NCBI GenBank assembly: GCA_963662265.2
Contig: CAXXHA010000001.1
Location: 1 to 64,000, forward strand
Direction of reading: 5' to 3'
Length of the DNA stretch: 64,000 bases
Source: Spirochaetia bacterium
GTDB taxonomy: Bacteria > Spirochaetota > Spirochaetia > CADAEX01
The notes below the pieces were generated by a model that was not told where the DNA came from, searched no databases, and saw only the letters and a list, made by a program, of their open reading frames with translations. A program made the translations under genes and the position numbers. This document shows positions 27,989 to 38,662 of this stretch, piece after piece; the first letter of the stretch is position 1; the number at the start of each line of letters is the position of its first letter.

Positions 27989-30025
27989 TTAAAATATAAG
28001 CAACCCGACTCTGTAGGCCAGAGCAGCTGCAGCAAATGAAGTCAGTAAATAATAGACAGAGCTTCCCGCAGTCCATTTAAGTGATTTTGTCTCTGAATAA
28101 ATTGTTGCCACTGTTCCTATACAGGGGATTGAAAAAAAGAATGCAAAAATAAATGCAAGTGCCGATGCAGGAGAAACTGTGTCAAGAATTGTACCTGCAA
28201 GAGCTGCCTTTTCATATCCGCCGTGTGAAAAGAAAAAGGAAGTAATGGAAAGTGCGCTTCCCCCGACATTGAAGAGAACAGCAATAACAGAAAGCGATGC
28301 TTCCTTTGCAATCATTGAAGCAATAAGTGCGATGAAAAGTCTCCAGTCAAGACCGATAAACGAGGTTACAGGATCAAAGAATTTACCAATTACAGCAAGT
28401 ACGGAATTATCCATGTTGCCGTCTTTCTGAAAAGAAAGGGCCCAGACTATTACGGAAAGAAATGCAATAAGGGTAACAGCCCGTTTCAGAAATGCTTTTA
28501 CCTGTACCCACACATGGGAAAGAATTGTTCTCCAGTTCGGCCTGTGATACGGAGGAAGCTCCATTATAAGACCTGTAGTCTTTCCCTTTACAATAAATTT
28601 TCTCATCACAAATGAAGTAAGAGAGAGATGAAGCAGCATTGCTGCAAAAAGGGAGAGAACAATATAAGGCATTGCTGATTTAAAAAATATCGCTCCTATG
28701 AAACTGACGACTGCCCACAAGGCAAGACATGGAACAATAGATGCCATGACAAGGGTTACCATACGCTGCTGCCATGAATCAATCACCCTTGTCCCTGTCA
28801 CACCCGCAATATTGCAGCCGAAACTCATTATCAGAGGCATGAATGATTTTCCGTGAAGCCCTATCCTGTTCATGGGGCGGTCAAAAACATATGCCATTCG
28901 GGGAAGATATCCAACATCTTCAAGAAAACCGAATACAAGGTACACTCCTGTTATATATGACAGCATCATCAATGCAACGCTTATACCTGGAATAAGTCCG
29001 TCCGCAAGCATGGAACCCAGCCAGAATACTGTCAATGTATTCCGTATGAAATCTGTTATAAAAACAGTTACAGGGCGTATAAGCATCATTACAGGCATTG
29101 CAACAGCCATTGCTGCTGCAAAAGCAAAAATCATTACAAAAACAGCTATTACTCCACCGAAGAAAGGATGTGTCGCCGCCCTGTCAAACCCGGCCCATTT
29201 TCTCCCGGACTTTCCGTTTCCAGTATTTGAAACTGAAGCTGAAACAATTCCGGAAATCCAGTCAAACCGGGCACCGGCCGCAATAAGGGGGCCTTCCCCT
29301 GCACCTGAAAGGAGTATTTTTACCCTGTCCATAGTTTCTTTATCAAGAATACTTTCAGCGATTTCCATTGCTTCAGAATCATCTTCAGTAAGTTTAACAG
29401 CAAGCCAGTCTGCAGAATATATTCCTGTATCATTTCCCCTGATAATATCATAGATATTTCTGCAAACCGCAGGATAAATATCAAGAATATCCCGGACTGC
29501 TCCCATTTCAGATGAGTCTGATAATCTGCACACCTCATCAATGAGAGTATCTATTCCTTCTCCCCTGGAAGCTACAACAGGGATAATCCTTAATCCGGTT
29601 TCCTTTTCAAGTTTTTCTGTATCAATTATCAATCCGTTTTTTTCAGCCACATCCATCATATTCAGAGCGACTACTACAGGTAAAGACAGAAGCTTAATCT
29701 CGGCTATAAAATACATTGTCCTTTCCAGCTGAGAAGCATCTGCCATTACTATAACAGCATCAGGTTTTTCCTTTATCAGAAAATCCCGTGAAATTCTTTC
29801 TTCAACTGAATTGGCAGTCAGGCTGTATGTACCTGGAAGATCCACAATATTAAACTGACTGCCTTCATAAAAGAAGAATCCCTCTTTCTGCTCAACTGTT
29901 TTACCCGGCCAGTTCCCAACATGCTGCTTTGAACCTGTCAGCCTGTTGAAAACAGTTGATTTCCCTGTATTCGGCTGACCTGCAAGAGCTATTTTAGCTG
30001 TTTTTACAGCAACTGAACTGCTCAT
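27989..30025 (-). CDS. feoB: Ferrous iron transporter FeoB (second, divergent copy)
   Basis: GQPNTGKS, VGNWPGKT, DLPG, NMMD, EDVGYLPR, MELPPY. Confidence 0.96.
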   Translation of the reverse strand: MSSSVAVKTAKIALAGQPNTGKSTVFNRLTGSKQHVGNWPGKTVEQKEGFFFYEGSQFNIVDLPGTYSLTANSVEERISRDFLIKEKPDAVIVMADASQLERTMYFIAEIKLLSLPVVVALNMMDVAEKNGLIIDTEKLEKETGLRIIPVVASRGEGIDTLIDEVCRLSDSSEMGAVRDILDIYPAVCRNIYDIIRGNDTGIYSADWLAVKLTEDDSEAMEIAESILDKETMDRVKILLSGAGEGPLIAAGARFDWISGIVSASVSNTGNGKSGRKWAGFDRAATHPFFGGVIAVFVMIFAFAAAMAVAMPVMMLIRPVTVFITDFIRNTLTVFWLGSMLADGLIPGISVALMMLSYITGVYLVFGFLEDVGYLPRMAYVFDRPMNRIGLHGKSFMPLIMSFGCNIAGVTGTRVIDSWQQRMVTLVMASIVPCLALWAVVSFIGAIFFKSAMPYIVLSLFAAMLLHLSLTSFVMRKFIVKGKTTGLIMELPPYHRPNWRTILSHVWVQVKAFLKRAVTLIAFLSVIVWALSFQKDGNMDNSVLAVIGKFFDPVTSFIGLDWRLFIALIASMIAKEASLSVIAVLFNVGGSALSITSFFFSHGGYEKAALAGTILDTVSPASALAFIFAFFFSIPCIGTVATIYSETKSLKWTAGSSVYYLLTSFAAAALAYRVGLLIF

Positions 30026-30252
30026 TCTGTAACCTCTGTAACTTCAATCCTAGAAGCCTCTTTTCTCCCGAGAGCAATAAAACTGTCTCTTAAATGAACA
30101 AGAAGAGGACCTTTTTCAGCATTTCGTATCACAGTTACTTTTGATGACGGGGTAAATCCCATGGAAGTAATTCTGCTGAGAAATCCTTTCCCCCCTTTCA
30201 GCGACTTAATAACTCCATTTCTGCCTGATGGAAGCAGATTCAAAGTTTTCAT
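30022..30252 (-). CDS. feoA: FeoA-family protein
   Basis: RITSMGFTP...GPLLVHLRDSFIALGRKEA; AAGGAG RBS before ATG 30252. Confidence 0.92.
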   Translation of the reverse strand: MKTLNLLPSGRNGVIKSLKGGKGFLSRITSMGFTPSSKVTVIRNAEKGPLLVHLRDSFIALGRKEASRIEVTEVTE

Positions 30253-30375
30253 TTTATAATCTCCTTTATTTACCTTTTTTAAAGTATCCGGATCCATTTT
30301 CATCCGGATACAATATTCAAAATCTGTACTTCAATAAGTTCTGATTCAGTTTTTCCAAAAACATGTTAATGCTTC

Positions 30376-30618
30376 TTATTTACCTTTTTCCGGAAGTTCC
30401 CAGTACCCTGTTTCAGAGGCGGTCTTCCTGCCGCACATACTTCGGCAGGATCTGCAAAGACTTCCGCAGCCTTTACCTGTTTTTTTCAGGTATCCGCTGA
30501 TTTCAAGATTTTCAAGAAGAACGGAAGTCATTTTCCTGCTGATTCCAAGTTGAACAGAAAGACACTCGACAGAAACAGTTTTTCCCTTTTCAATAATTTT
30601 TATAATTTTTTCAAGCAT
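30376..30618 (-). CDS. FeoC-like winged-helix protein
   Basis: wHTH followed by CGSLCRSCRSMC; lies upstream of feoA-feoB. Confidence 0.8.
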   Translation of the reverse strand: MLEKIIKIIEKGKTVSVECLSVQLGISRKMTSVLLENLEISGYLKKTGKGCGSLCRSCRSMCGRKTASETGYWELPEKGK

Positions 30619-30699
30619 AATTCCCTGATTTCCGATTCTGGGGAACAACTGCACAATGTAATATTTTCCCCGGCTGTATCAGAATATTAAAAACAATCA

Positions 30700-31728
30700 T
30701 TACACCTCGCAAATTTTAACAGCTGCAAGCTTCACTACCGGAAACGGAAGAGCATCTGACGGTTCTTCACGGCGAAAATCTCCGAATCCTGTCTTAGAGA
30801 GAGCTTCTTCCAGTTTCTCTACAGGCAGCTGATGCGTTGGGTATCCCATGCATCTGGTCATAAGCTCCACAAGGGAAACAGTAATCCTGTCTTCATCTTT
30901 AGAAGGAGGAGCAATATGATTGGAAATAAAGAGCCCGCCTGTTACCATGGACCTGTTTACTTCCCTGAAAAAAGCCTCAAGGCTGTCTTCAAATCCCATC
31001 TGGTAAAGAAAATTGGAACAGAAATAAATATCATATAATCCATTCAGGGGAGCATTATTTTCACAATCATGCGCAATGAATTTCAGAAGCCCTTCCTCTA
31101 TCTCCTTTTTCCTGATCTTCTGTGCAAGGCTGCACACTTCAGATGTTTCATAAATATCAGAACGGAGATCTCTGTTTTCCCCGATCAGCGCAAGAGAGAA
31201 ATAACCGGTACTGCCTGCAACATCGCACATCTTTCTGCAGCTTTTAAACTCAGGCTGCTCAGAAACAAAAGAGACAGCTGACTGGACAGGCCCTCCCATT
31301 GAAAATTTTTCCATTGAAAGTGCAGCATCCTCACTGCTCCACATCAGATTATTGAAAGAAGAAGCTCCGTCCCTCAGGTATTCCCCAAGCTTGTTAAATA
31401 TCCCGTTGCTTCCTGAAAACATCCTGATGCCTGTTATCTGGTTCGCACCAGACTTTTCCAGCATGAAATCCTCAGACAGGCTTGTGAGGCTGTATATATC
31501 AACTTCTTTTTCAGCAAGACCGACAGAATATAGAACATCAAGGACAGCAGACAGGATCGCATAATCATATTTCATAGCTTTCGCCATTTCTGCTGCACTT
31601 TGCCCCTTCAGAGACAGGGTCTCAAATATTCCGGCATTAACTGAAGCATTGAGAATTACAGGGATATAACTATGATAAAGTATATTGTTAAGCTTCCTGA
31701 AATCTGATTTCAATTCCGGTACAACCAT
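30700..31728 (-). CDS. O-methyltransferase family 2 (dimerisation domain plus SAM domain)
   Basis: N-terminal AGIFETL wHTH, DVAGSTG SAM motif, YDIYFCSNFLY. Confidence 0.85.
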   Translation of the reverse strand: MVVPELKSDFRKLNNILYHSYIPVILNASVNAGIFETLSLKGQSAAEMAKAMKYDYAILSAVLDVLYSVGLAEKEVDIYSLTSLSEDFMLEKSGANQITGIRMFSGSNGIFNKLGEYLRDGASSFNNLMWSSEDAALSMEKFSMGGPVQSAVSFVSEQPEFKSCRKMCDVAGSTGYFSLALIGENRDLRSDIYETSEVCSLAQKIRKKEIEEGLLKFIAHDCENNAPLNGLYDIYFCSNFLYQMGFEDSLEAFFREVNRSMVTGGLFISNHIAPPSKDEDRITVSLVELMTRCMGYPTHQLPVEKLEEALSKTGFGDFRREEPSDALPFPVVKLAAVKICEV

Positions 31729-31729
31729 A

Positions 31730-33478
31730 TTACGCGCTCCTCATTTTCCAGCTGCCTGCCTGCTGCTGTGCTTTCCACAGTTTCTTATAAAGTCCGTCTT
31801 TGCAAATAAGCTCATCATGCCTTCCGCTTTGGGTGATCTTCCCCCTGTCAAGCACAAGGATCTGATCAGCATTCTGTATGGAATTGAATTTATGAACTAT
31901 GACAATAAGAGTCTTATTTTTAACCAGATTGGTAATAGCTTTCTGTATCTCATTTTCATTCTCCGGATCAAGCGATGCGGTTGCCTCATCAAGAAGAACA
32001 ACAGGAGCATCTTTAAGAACTGCCCTTGCAATTGAAATTCTCTGCCTTTCCCCTCCCGAGAGAGTTTTGCCCCCTTCACTGACAACAGTGTCATACCCTT
32101 CAGGAAGAGATGAAATAAAATCATGGCAGCATGCAAGCCTGGCTGCTTTTTCAACTTCTTCATCTGTAGCATCTTTCCTGCCGATTTTTATATTGTTTGC
32201 AATTGTATCGTTAAAAAGATAAACATCCTGAAATACCATCGATATATCCTTCAGAAGGAGATCAGGATTGATATTTCTGATATCTGTATCGCCAATCTTT
32301 ATCCTGCCCCCCTGGATATCCCAGAACCTTGAGATCAAGCTTGTAATTGTTGTTTTACCTGACCCTGACACTCCTACAAGGGCAGTCATTGATTTTTCAG
32401 ATGCAGAAAAATTTATACCGTCAAGTACATTTTCGTTTTTATACCTGAAAGACACATCTTCGAATTTAATTTCATGATTATCGGGAGGCATACAGTCTGA
32501 GCTGTAATCAGGCTCCTGTGCACTGAATATTTCCTTGATCCTGTCTGTAGAATTGGCGGCATGCCTTAGCAGAACAAGAATAACACCGGCATTTTTTATC
32601 GGTTCGAAAAAATAAAACCCGAGTATGGTGAATGTAAAAAGTTCATAAACTGCAATATCTCCAGCCAGAGTATATTTAACAGCATAATAAAGCATTGCAA
32701 GATAACCCGCATCAAGAATAAACATGGCTATCTGAACCGGAATACCTGTCCATACTTCTGAAATAAAACTCAGCTTCTTGAGCTTAATCATAGCCCTGTC
32801 AAGTTCAGAAAAACTTTTCCCCGTCATGCTGAATGACTTGAGAGGTTTTATTGTACGTGTGTATTCCAGGATTCTTGAAGATGCCCGGTTCACAGCTTCC
32901 AGGTGTTTTTTCCCCAGCACCCTGATTATTATTCTTCCTGCAGTGAAAAAGAACAGGGAAACAGCAACTGCTGTAAAAAGGATAACAGAGAGCCTGAGAT
33001 TGATAAAACAGAGAAAAGATCCAAGCAGTACCGGAACAATAACTGCAGAAACAATATCAGGAAGGTTATGCGACAGGATTTCCTCTGCCTTGTTTACATC
33101 ATGAAGCATTCTTGATGTTACATCTCCCGGATCATTGTTTTTAAAAAATCCGAGACTCAGCCTCCTTAGTTTCTCTCCGAGCCTGAGCCTTACATCTGAC
33201 CCTATAGTATAACTCTGAATAAAATTGTTTCGCTGGCTGATTATTGTAAGGACTATGTATATTAAAAACGCCGCCGCATACATGTAGAAATACCTGTATA
33301 AAAGATCATAATCAAAATCCCTCTTTTCAATTACAGGGATGGAAATATTCATGATAATAAGAAACAGGATTCCTGTAAAAGCTCCGCGCGGAATATTTGA
33401 TACAGCGTTTCCCCCTATAAGACCGGCGATTCGCCACTTATAATTTTTGAAAAGCCTGTTTGTTTTTTCGTCTTTCAT
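31730..33478 (-). CDS. ABC half-transporter (TMD+NBD), IrtB/YbtQ-like
   Basis: RLRLGEKLRRLSLGFF, GVSGSGKT, LSGGERQRISIARA, DEATASLDPENE. Confidence 0.9.
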   Translation of the reverse strand: MKDEKTNRLFKNYKWRIAGLIGGNAVSNIPRGAFTGILFLIIMNISIPVIEKRDFDYDLLYRYFYMYAAAFLIYIVLTIISQRNNFIQSYTIGSDVRLRLGEKLRRLSLGFFKNNDPGDVTSRMLHDVNKAEEILSHNLPDIVSAVIVPVLLGSFLCFINLRLSVILFTAVAVSLFFFTAGRIIIRVLGKKHLEAVNRASSRILEYTRTIKPLKSFSMTGKSFSELDRAMIKLKKLSFISEVWTGIPVQIAMFILDAGYLAMLYYAVKYTLAGDIAVYELFTFTILGFYFFEPIKNAGVILVLLRHAANSTDRIKEIFSAQEPDYSSDCMPPDNHEIKFEDVSFRYKNENVLDGINFSASEKSMTALVGVSGSGKTTITSLISRFWDIQGGRIKIGDTDIRNINPDLLLKDISMVFQDVYLFNDTIANNIKIGRKDATDEEVEKAARLACCHDFISSLPEGYDTVVSEGGKTLSGGERQRISIARAVLKDAPVVLLDEATASLDPENENEIQKAITNLVKNKTLIVIVHKFNSIQNADQILVLDRGKITQSGRHDELICKDGLYKKLWKAQQQAGSWKMRSA

Positions 33479-35256
33479 GCAATGATCTCCTCTTTAACAT
33501 CTTCAAGTTTCCAGTTTTTTGCATCAGTATGGGCCTTCCACATGCCTGAATATATTCCTCCGGAGGAAATAAGCTCATCATGCCTTCCCTGCTGGACAAT
33601 CCTTCCTTTATCAACAACAACTATGTTATCCGCATGAATAATTGTTGAAAGACGGTGCGCGATTACAATTACAGTTCTGTCCCTCATGACATTTGAAAAA
33701 GCATTCTGGATTTTCACCTCATTATCTGCATCCGCGTAACAGCTGGCTTCATCAAGAAGAATTACAGGGGGATTTTTCAGTATTACTCTGGCAATAGATA
33801 TTCTCTGTTTTTCTCCGCCGCTTAAATGAACATCTCCACCCTCTCCAATTACTGTGTCATATCCGTCAGGAAGAGACATTATAAAATCATGGCAGCACGC
33901 AGTTTCAGCTGCTTTTCGGACCTCTTCATCTGTCGCATCAGATCTGTTCATGCATATATTTGCCCTGACTGTATCTGTAAGCATCTGAACATCCTGAAAC
34001 ACAATTCCGACATAATTGTTAAGATTTTCGCTGCCGATTTTTTTGATATTTTTACCGCCTATAAATATTCCGCCATGCTCTGTGTCCCACATCCTTGCAA
34101 TTAGCTGCACAAGTGTGGTTTTTCCCGCGCCGCTCATACCTACAACTGCTGTGAAAGACCCCTGCTCCATCTTGAGATTGATATTTTCAAGAACATTCGG
34201 CCCCCCGTTTTTATAACTGAATGAAAGATCCCTGATTTCAACATCATATTTCTGAGGTATTTCAGCACTTTCAGGTTCAGGTAATTTCTTTTCATCAAGG
34301 ATTTCACCTATCCTGTTTCCGGCGGCAAAAATCAGTTCGCAGTGCCCGGCTATTGTCATGACTTTCACAAACTCCCTGAAACAGCCAGTACCGAGAATCA
34401 GGAACAGGGAAAACGATGCAGCATCTGTCTGCCCTGTTTTAAGAAGATAAATCCCGAGAGGTATTATAAAAAGGCCTCCTCCCAGTGTTATAGCATTAAA
34501 CATGGAGTAAAACGGTGTCTGGGATTTAGACAGCATTACAGTGAAGTCCCTGTATTTTTCAACAGATTTTTTGAGGCGGTTAAATGAATCAACAGTAAGG
34601 TTGAATACCTTGACAACCGGCATCCCCTGAACAAACTCGACTATTGTTGTATGCATGTTTTCGATTGCCTTATGATATGTGTTCCACATTTCAGATCTTT
34701 TTTTACCTCCGGTTGCAATGCCCGAATACATGAGCTTTATCATGAGAAGCCCGAGAGGAAGAGGTATCAGGGTAGCTGTGGCAAGACGCCAGTCAATAAA
34801 AAACAGGACTGTTATAGTAACAACAGGAAGAACAGTGCCTGAGATAACATCGGGAACATGGTGTGCAACAAAATTCTCGATCCTTTCAACATCCTCCTGT
34901 ATGATTTTCCTGATCTTTCCGGAGCTGTTTCCGGACCAGAAACCCACAGGGAGGTGCCCGAGGTGTTCAGTAAGACGGCTTCTTATAATGTAAAGAAGAT
35001 CAAATGCCGCTATATGGCTGAAGACAAATGATGAAACCACAAAAAAATATCTCAATATAACTGCTGACAGGGCAAAAAGCAGCATTTTGATTATTAATCC
35101 TGCTTCAACAGACGAAGCATCTGTCATAAAAACCCGGATTATATAGTAAATAAGAATAAAGGGAACAATTGCAAGTACTGCTCCCAGAGAAGCAAGTACA
35201 GCGCAGAACACAAATTCCTTTTTTTTCTCTTTAATTAAACTGAATATAACATTCAT
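33475..35256 (-). CDS. ABC half-transporter (TMD+NBD), IrtA/YbtP-like
   Basis: SHIAAFDLLY, EDVERIENFVAH, GMSGAGKT, LSGGEKQR; AGGAG RBS before ATG 35256. Confidence 0.9.
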   Translation of the reverse strand: MNVIFSLIKEKKKEFVFCAVLASLGAVLAIVPFILIYYIIRVFMTDASSVEAGLIIKMLLFALSAVILRYFFVVSSFVFSHIAAFDLLYIIRSRLTEHLGHLPVGFWSGNSSGKIRKIIQEDVERIENFVAHHVPDVISGTVLPVVTITVLFFIDWRLATATLIPLPLGLLMIKLMYSGIATGGKKRSEMWNTYHKAIENMHTTIVEFVQGMPVVKVFNLTVDSFNRLKKSVEKYRDFTVMLSKSQTPFYSMFNAITLGGGLFIIPLGIYLLKTGQTDAASFSLFLILGTGCFREFVKVMTIAGHCELIFAAGNRIGEILDEKKLPEPESAEIPQKYDVEIRDLSFSYKNGGPNVLENINLKMEQGSFTAVVGMSGAGKTTLVQLIARMWDTEHGGIFIGGKNIKKIGSENLNNYVGIVFQDVQMLTDTVRANICMNRSDATDEEVRKAAETACCHDFIMSLPDGYDTVIGEGGDVHLSGGEKQRISIARVILKNPPVILLDEASCYADADNEVKIQNAFSNVMRDRTVIVIAHRLSTIIHADNIVVVDKGRIVQQGRHDELISSGGIYSGMWKAHTDAKNWKLEDVKEEIIA

Positions 35257-35272
35257 AAAAACTCCTTTTCTT

Positions 35273-36088
35273 CTAAGATTCAATTCTCAGATGCACCATT
35301 AAGCAAACACCCAGCAGATCAGGAATAGACAGTATGAGTTTAGTCTTGAAACTGAGTCCTTTTTTCATTCCCTTATGCATGGGTTTTGAATCTATGACTT
35401 TTATCCTGTTATCCCATTTTTCAATGGATTCAACATCTTTCAGCCCCCAGCCACCTGAAAAACCGCCCATCCCTCCAGATTCAAGAACTTTCCTGTTTGC
35501 AATTTTCATTCCGAAAGGAGAAAGGGCGTCAAAATATATTTCACAACATCCGAAATAATCTGCTGTAGATATAAAAAATCTTTTTATTTGTTCTTCATTG
35601 AAATAACAGAATACTCCTCCCGAGATAAAGAGCAATCCGTCTGAACTTTTCACCTGTTCAAACCACCGGGTTTCGAGAAAAGAGGACGCAATGCTTATAT
35701 GCTTTTCACTGTCTTTTATAAGCTGTTTCCTGAGTTCAATAACATCAGGGAGATCCAGTTCGTAAAAAGTGATTTTTCCGTTATCTACACGGTTGAAGGT
35801 TGTATCCAGGCCGCAGCCAATATTGACAATTGATCCCTCAGGGTGCTTTTTAATAAAATCGCGAACCTTCTTATCTATATGCAGGCATCGTGCTACCCAT
35901 CCATGCTGCGACATCGACTGTGTATCCTCAATAGCTGAAAAATCGTAATCAAGTTTTTTAATGATTTCCACAGCTTTGTTATCTATCAACCTGGGTTTGT
36001 CTTTTTGAGTTTCAAAAGCTCTTCCCCATAAAGGCAGCAGAAGTGTTTCCTGTATATTGCCTTTTTCAACTTTAATTTTTCCATCCAT
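35273..36088 (-). CDS. Class I SAM methyltransferase, TcmP/leucine-carboxyl-methyltransferase-like
   Basis: QETLLLPLWGRA, VNIGCGLDT, ELDLPDVIELR. Confidence 0.88.
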   Translation of the reverse strand: MDGKIKVEKGNIQETLLLPLWGRAFETQKDKPRLIDNKAVEIIKKLDYDFSAIEDTQSMSQHGWVARCLHIDKKVRDFIKKHPEGSIVNIGCGLDTTFNRVDNGKITFYELDLPDVIELRKQLIKDSEKHISIASSFLETRWFEQVKSSDGLLFISGGVFCYFNEEQIKRFFISTADYFGCCEIYFDALSPFGMKIANRKVLESGGMGGFSGGWGLKDVESIEKWDNRIKVIDSKPMHKGMKKGLSFKTKLILSIPDLLGVCLMVHLRIES

Positions 36089-36201
36089 TATTAATTCCTC
36101 CGATCTTTAATAAATAAAAACATCAGGGTTGTTTTTCATGAATCCAAAGCTGACCTGCAGAAACTCTGCAAGTCAGTCTTTTTCAAAAAACTTTATGTAA
36201 A

Positions 36202-38652
36202 TTATGATCTGCTGCCCGATTCCCGGGGCAGACCTGTTTTATCAGCAGAAGTTTTTCTCCTTCTCTCCTTTAAAACCATTACCGCCGGTGTCACTAAAAG
36301 GTCGGCAGCAAGAGCTGTAAAAATTCCGGCTCCAGTGAGTATTCCGAAATGGATATAAAACTTTGCAACAGACAATGTGTAGACAGAGAAATTCAGGACA
36401 AGGACAATTGAAGTCATGATAAGCGCCGGAGTGACCCTCCGATAAGTCCTTACTATACCCTCCCGGATATTTCCTGTTTTCTGAAATTCAAACTGGGAAT
36501 GATTGATAAAATGAATAGTATCATCTACAGCAAGCCCCATAATCATGGGCATGACTGTGCATGTCATCATATCAAGGGGGATATTAAAAAAGCCCATAAT
36601 TCCCCCGACTACCAGGGCAGGGGAAATATTGGGTATCATCCCGATTAACCCTGTAGTAAAGCTTCCGAAAACAATCATCATCAGGACAGCAATGATTAGA
36701 ATTGAAATAAGAAACGCCTTTATCTGCCCCCAGGAAACCTTATACATCATGTCGGTAAATTTAGGCATTGACCCGTAAAGCACAATATTGGAACCAGGAA
36801 ACATCTCTGATGCGGTTTTCCTTATTTCGTCAAACTCCCTTATCGCCTCGCTGCTGTTGTAATACTTGAGATTGACAGCAACATGGAGCCTTTGATAGTC
36901 GTAATCGACCCATTTCTCAGCCTCCGTCCCCCCGGCATTTTCATAAAGAAGCAGAGCCTGGGCAATCATTTCCCTTGTATCAGGTATTCTGTAATATGCA
37001 CCGTTATTGCTGTTGAGAACTGAATAGATATCCTTGATTACATCAAGAAGAGATGATGTGTTTTTTGTAAGAGGATATTTTTCAATCATCTTGACAAGAG
37101 TGTCAAACTTTTTCAGGTTTTCAGGGTCTTTCGCATCATTAATGCCGGGAAATTCTATCCCCACATCATATGAATATATAGATCCCAGCGAAGAATCCCC
37201 GACATGAAGGTTTCTTTTCACATAGGGAATCCCCTCCCCCATTGAGTCCTTTATATCAAATGAAACTTCAATCATTGTGAGTCCGATTATGCAGAATACG
37301 GAGAAAACCGCATAAAAAGCTGTTATTTTTACCGGATTTTCAGTTGTCCATGTTCCAATCTTTTCCAGCATGCTGCCCCCGTACCGATTTCCGGCTTTTG
37401 CGAGTTTCATCCTGCCGGTTTTTCCGAAACTCAGGAGTGCCGGAAAAAAGAAAACAGAGAGAACATAAGTCACAGCAACCATCAGAGACGATGTCATCCC
37501 GACCCACCTCAAGGTTTTTACCTGTATAAACTGGAATGATGAAAGCGCGGCAATTGTTGTAAGAGCTGTAAACAGGAGAGGCCAGCCTATTTCCTCAATA
37601 GCGGTAACAGCCGCATCTCTCCTGTTGCCTGAAAGAATCAGGTTCTGCCTGAAAAAACTGAAAACATGGATAGAATACCCTATGGAAACAGCAAGCCCCA
37701 GAAAAGCGGGGATCAGTATCATTGAAGGATCAAACTCTGCCTTGAAATACCCCTCTATTCCAAAAGTAATTATCATTGAAGAAACAGCTGTAATAACAGG
37801 AAACAATACACCCCGCAGCGACCTGAGGCTTGCCGCAAGAACAAGAACAGACACAAGGAGGCCCAGCATCATCAGGCGGGGGGTTTCCTGAGAAAAAAAT
37901 TCCCTCTTGTCTGATATCAGCACAGGAAGCCCTGCAGCTGTGCTGTTAAGAATATCATACTTGTCCTGCCTTACTATCCGCTTGAAAATAATTCCCGCAA
38001 TATCTTCAGGATCAAGCGGCTTTGAAACATCTATCCCGGAGTAAAGCTCAGGGTTCCTCTCTGCTTCCCGCACAATATATTCAAAATGATTATTATCCTC
38101 TGTCCAGTTTTCGGGATAATTCAAAAGCCTAAGGACAAGCCAGCTTTCTCTTGAATCAGAAGAGACAAGCTTGTTTCTGATAGCAGGCTTTGAAAGGGCT
38201 TTAACTTTCAGCACTTCAAGCAGTTTCCTGTCTGAAGGTATATCATCAGGTATAAGCTGTCCGACTTCCATCCCCCAGTCAGTTCCTTCAATATATTCAA
38301 GATCTGCTATTGAAATCACATCATCAGCATACGGGACATTTTCCTCAACCTCGCTTCCCAGCTCCCTTATTTTTTCAAGTATATTCTTTTCAAATATCTC
38401 ATCGACTTCAATCAGGGCTGCGCAGTTGGTGTTGTTTCCGAAAATATCCTTGAGCCTGTTTTCAACCTTAATAAGAGGATCATTATCAAGAAACCAGCTG
38501 TCATTAGAATAGTTTGCTTTTAATCCTTTCATTCCGGGAAATGAAACTGCGACAAGAAGAATAAAAGTCAAAAGGAACAGGATTCTTTTTTTTATTACAA
38601 GCAATCCCAGGCTGCGGAATTTAATGTTAATTCTTTCTATATTTATTCCCAT
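36202..38652 (-). CDS. MMPL/RND-superfamily transporter
   Basis: Two TM clusters with large loops; AVSIGYSIH, GLAVDDTIHF. Confidence 0.92.
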   Translation of the reverse strand: MGINIERINIKFRSLGLLVIKKRILFLLTFILLVAVSFPGMKGLKANYSNDSWFLDNDPLIKVENRLKDIFGNNTNCAALIEVDEIFEKNILEKIRELGSEVEENVPYADDVISIADLEYIEGTDWGMEVGQLIPDDIPSDRKLLEVLKVKALSKPAIRNKLVSSDSRESWLVLRLLNYPENWTEDNNHFEYIVREAERNPELYSGIDVSKPLDPEDIAGIIFKRIVRQDKYDILNSTAAGLPVLISDKREFFSQETPRLMMLGLLVSVLVLAASLRSLRGVLFPVITAVSSMIITFGIEGYFKAEFDPSMILIPAFLGLAVSIGYSIHVFSFFRQNLILSGNRRDAAVTAIEEIGWPLLFTALTTIAALSSFQFIQVKTLRWVGMTSSLMVAVTYVLSVFFFPALLSFGKTGRMKLAKAGNRYGGSMLEKIGTWTTENPVKITAFYAVFSVFCIIGLTMIEVSFDIKDSMGEGIPYVKRNLHVGDSSLGSIYSYDVGIEFPGINDAKDPENLKKFDTLVKMIEKYPLTKNTSSLLDVIKDIYSVLNSNNGAYYRIPDTREMIAQALLLYENAGGTEAEKWVDYDYQRLHVAVNLKYYNSSEAIREFDEIRKTASEMFPGSNIVLYGSMPKFTDMMYKVSWGQIKAFLISILIIAVLMMIVFGSFTTGLIGMIPNISPALVVGGIMGFFNIPLDMMTCTVMPMIMGLAVDDTIHFINHSQFEFQKTGNIREGIVRTYRRVTPALIMTSIVLVLNFSVYTLSVAKFYIHFGILTGAGIFTALAADLLVTPAVMVLKERRRKTSADKTGLPRESGSRS

Positions 38653-38662
38653 AATACTTTAC

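Noticed and set aside
30700-38652. Secondary-metabolite biosynthetic gene cluster
   Set aside because: Methyltransferases and MMPL are present but there is no NRPS, PKS, NIS synthetase or precursor peptide
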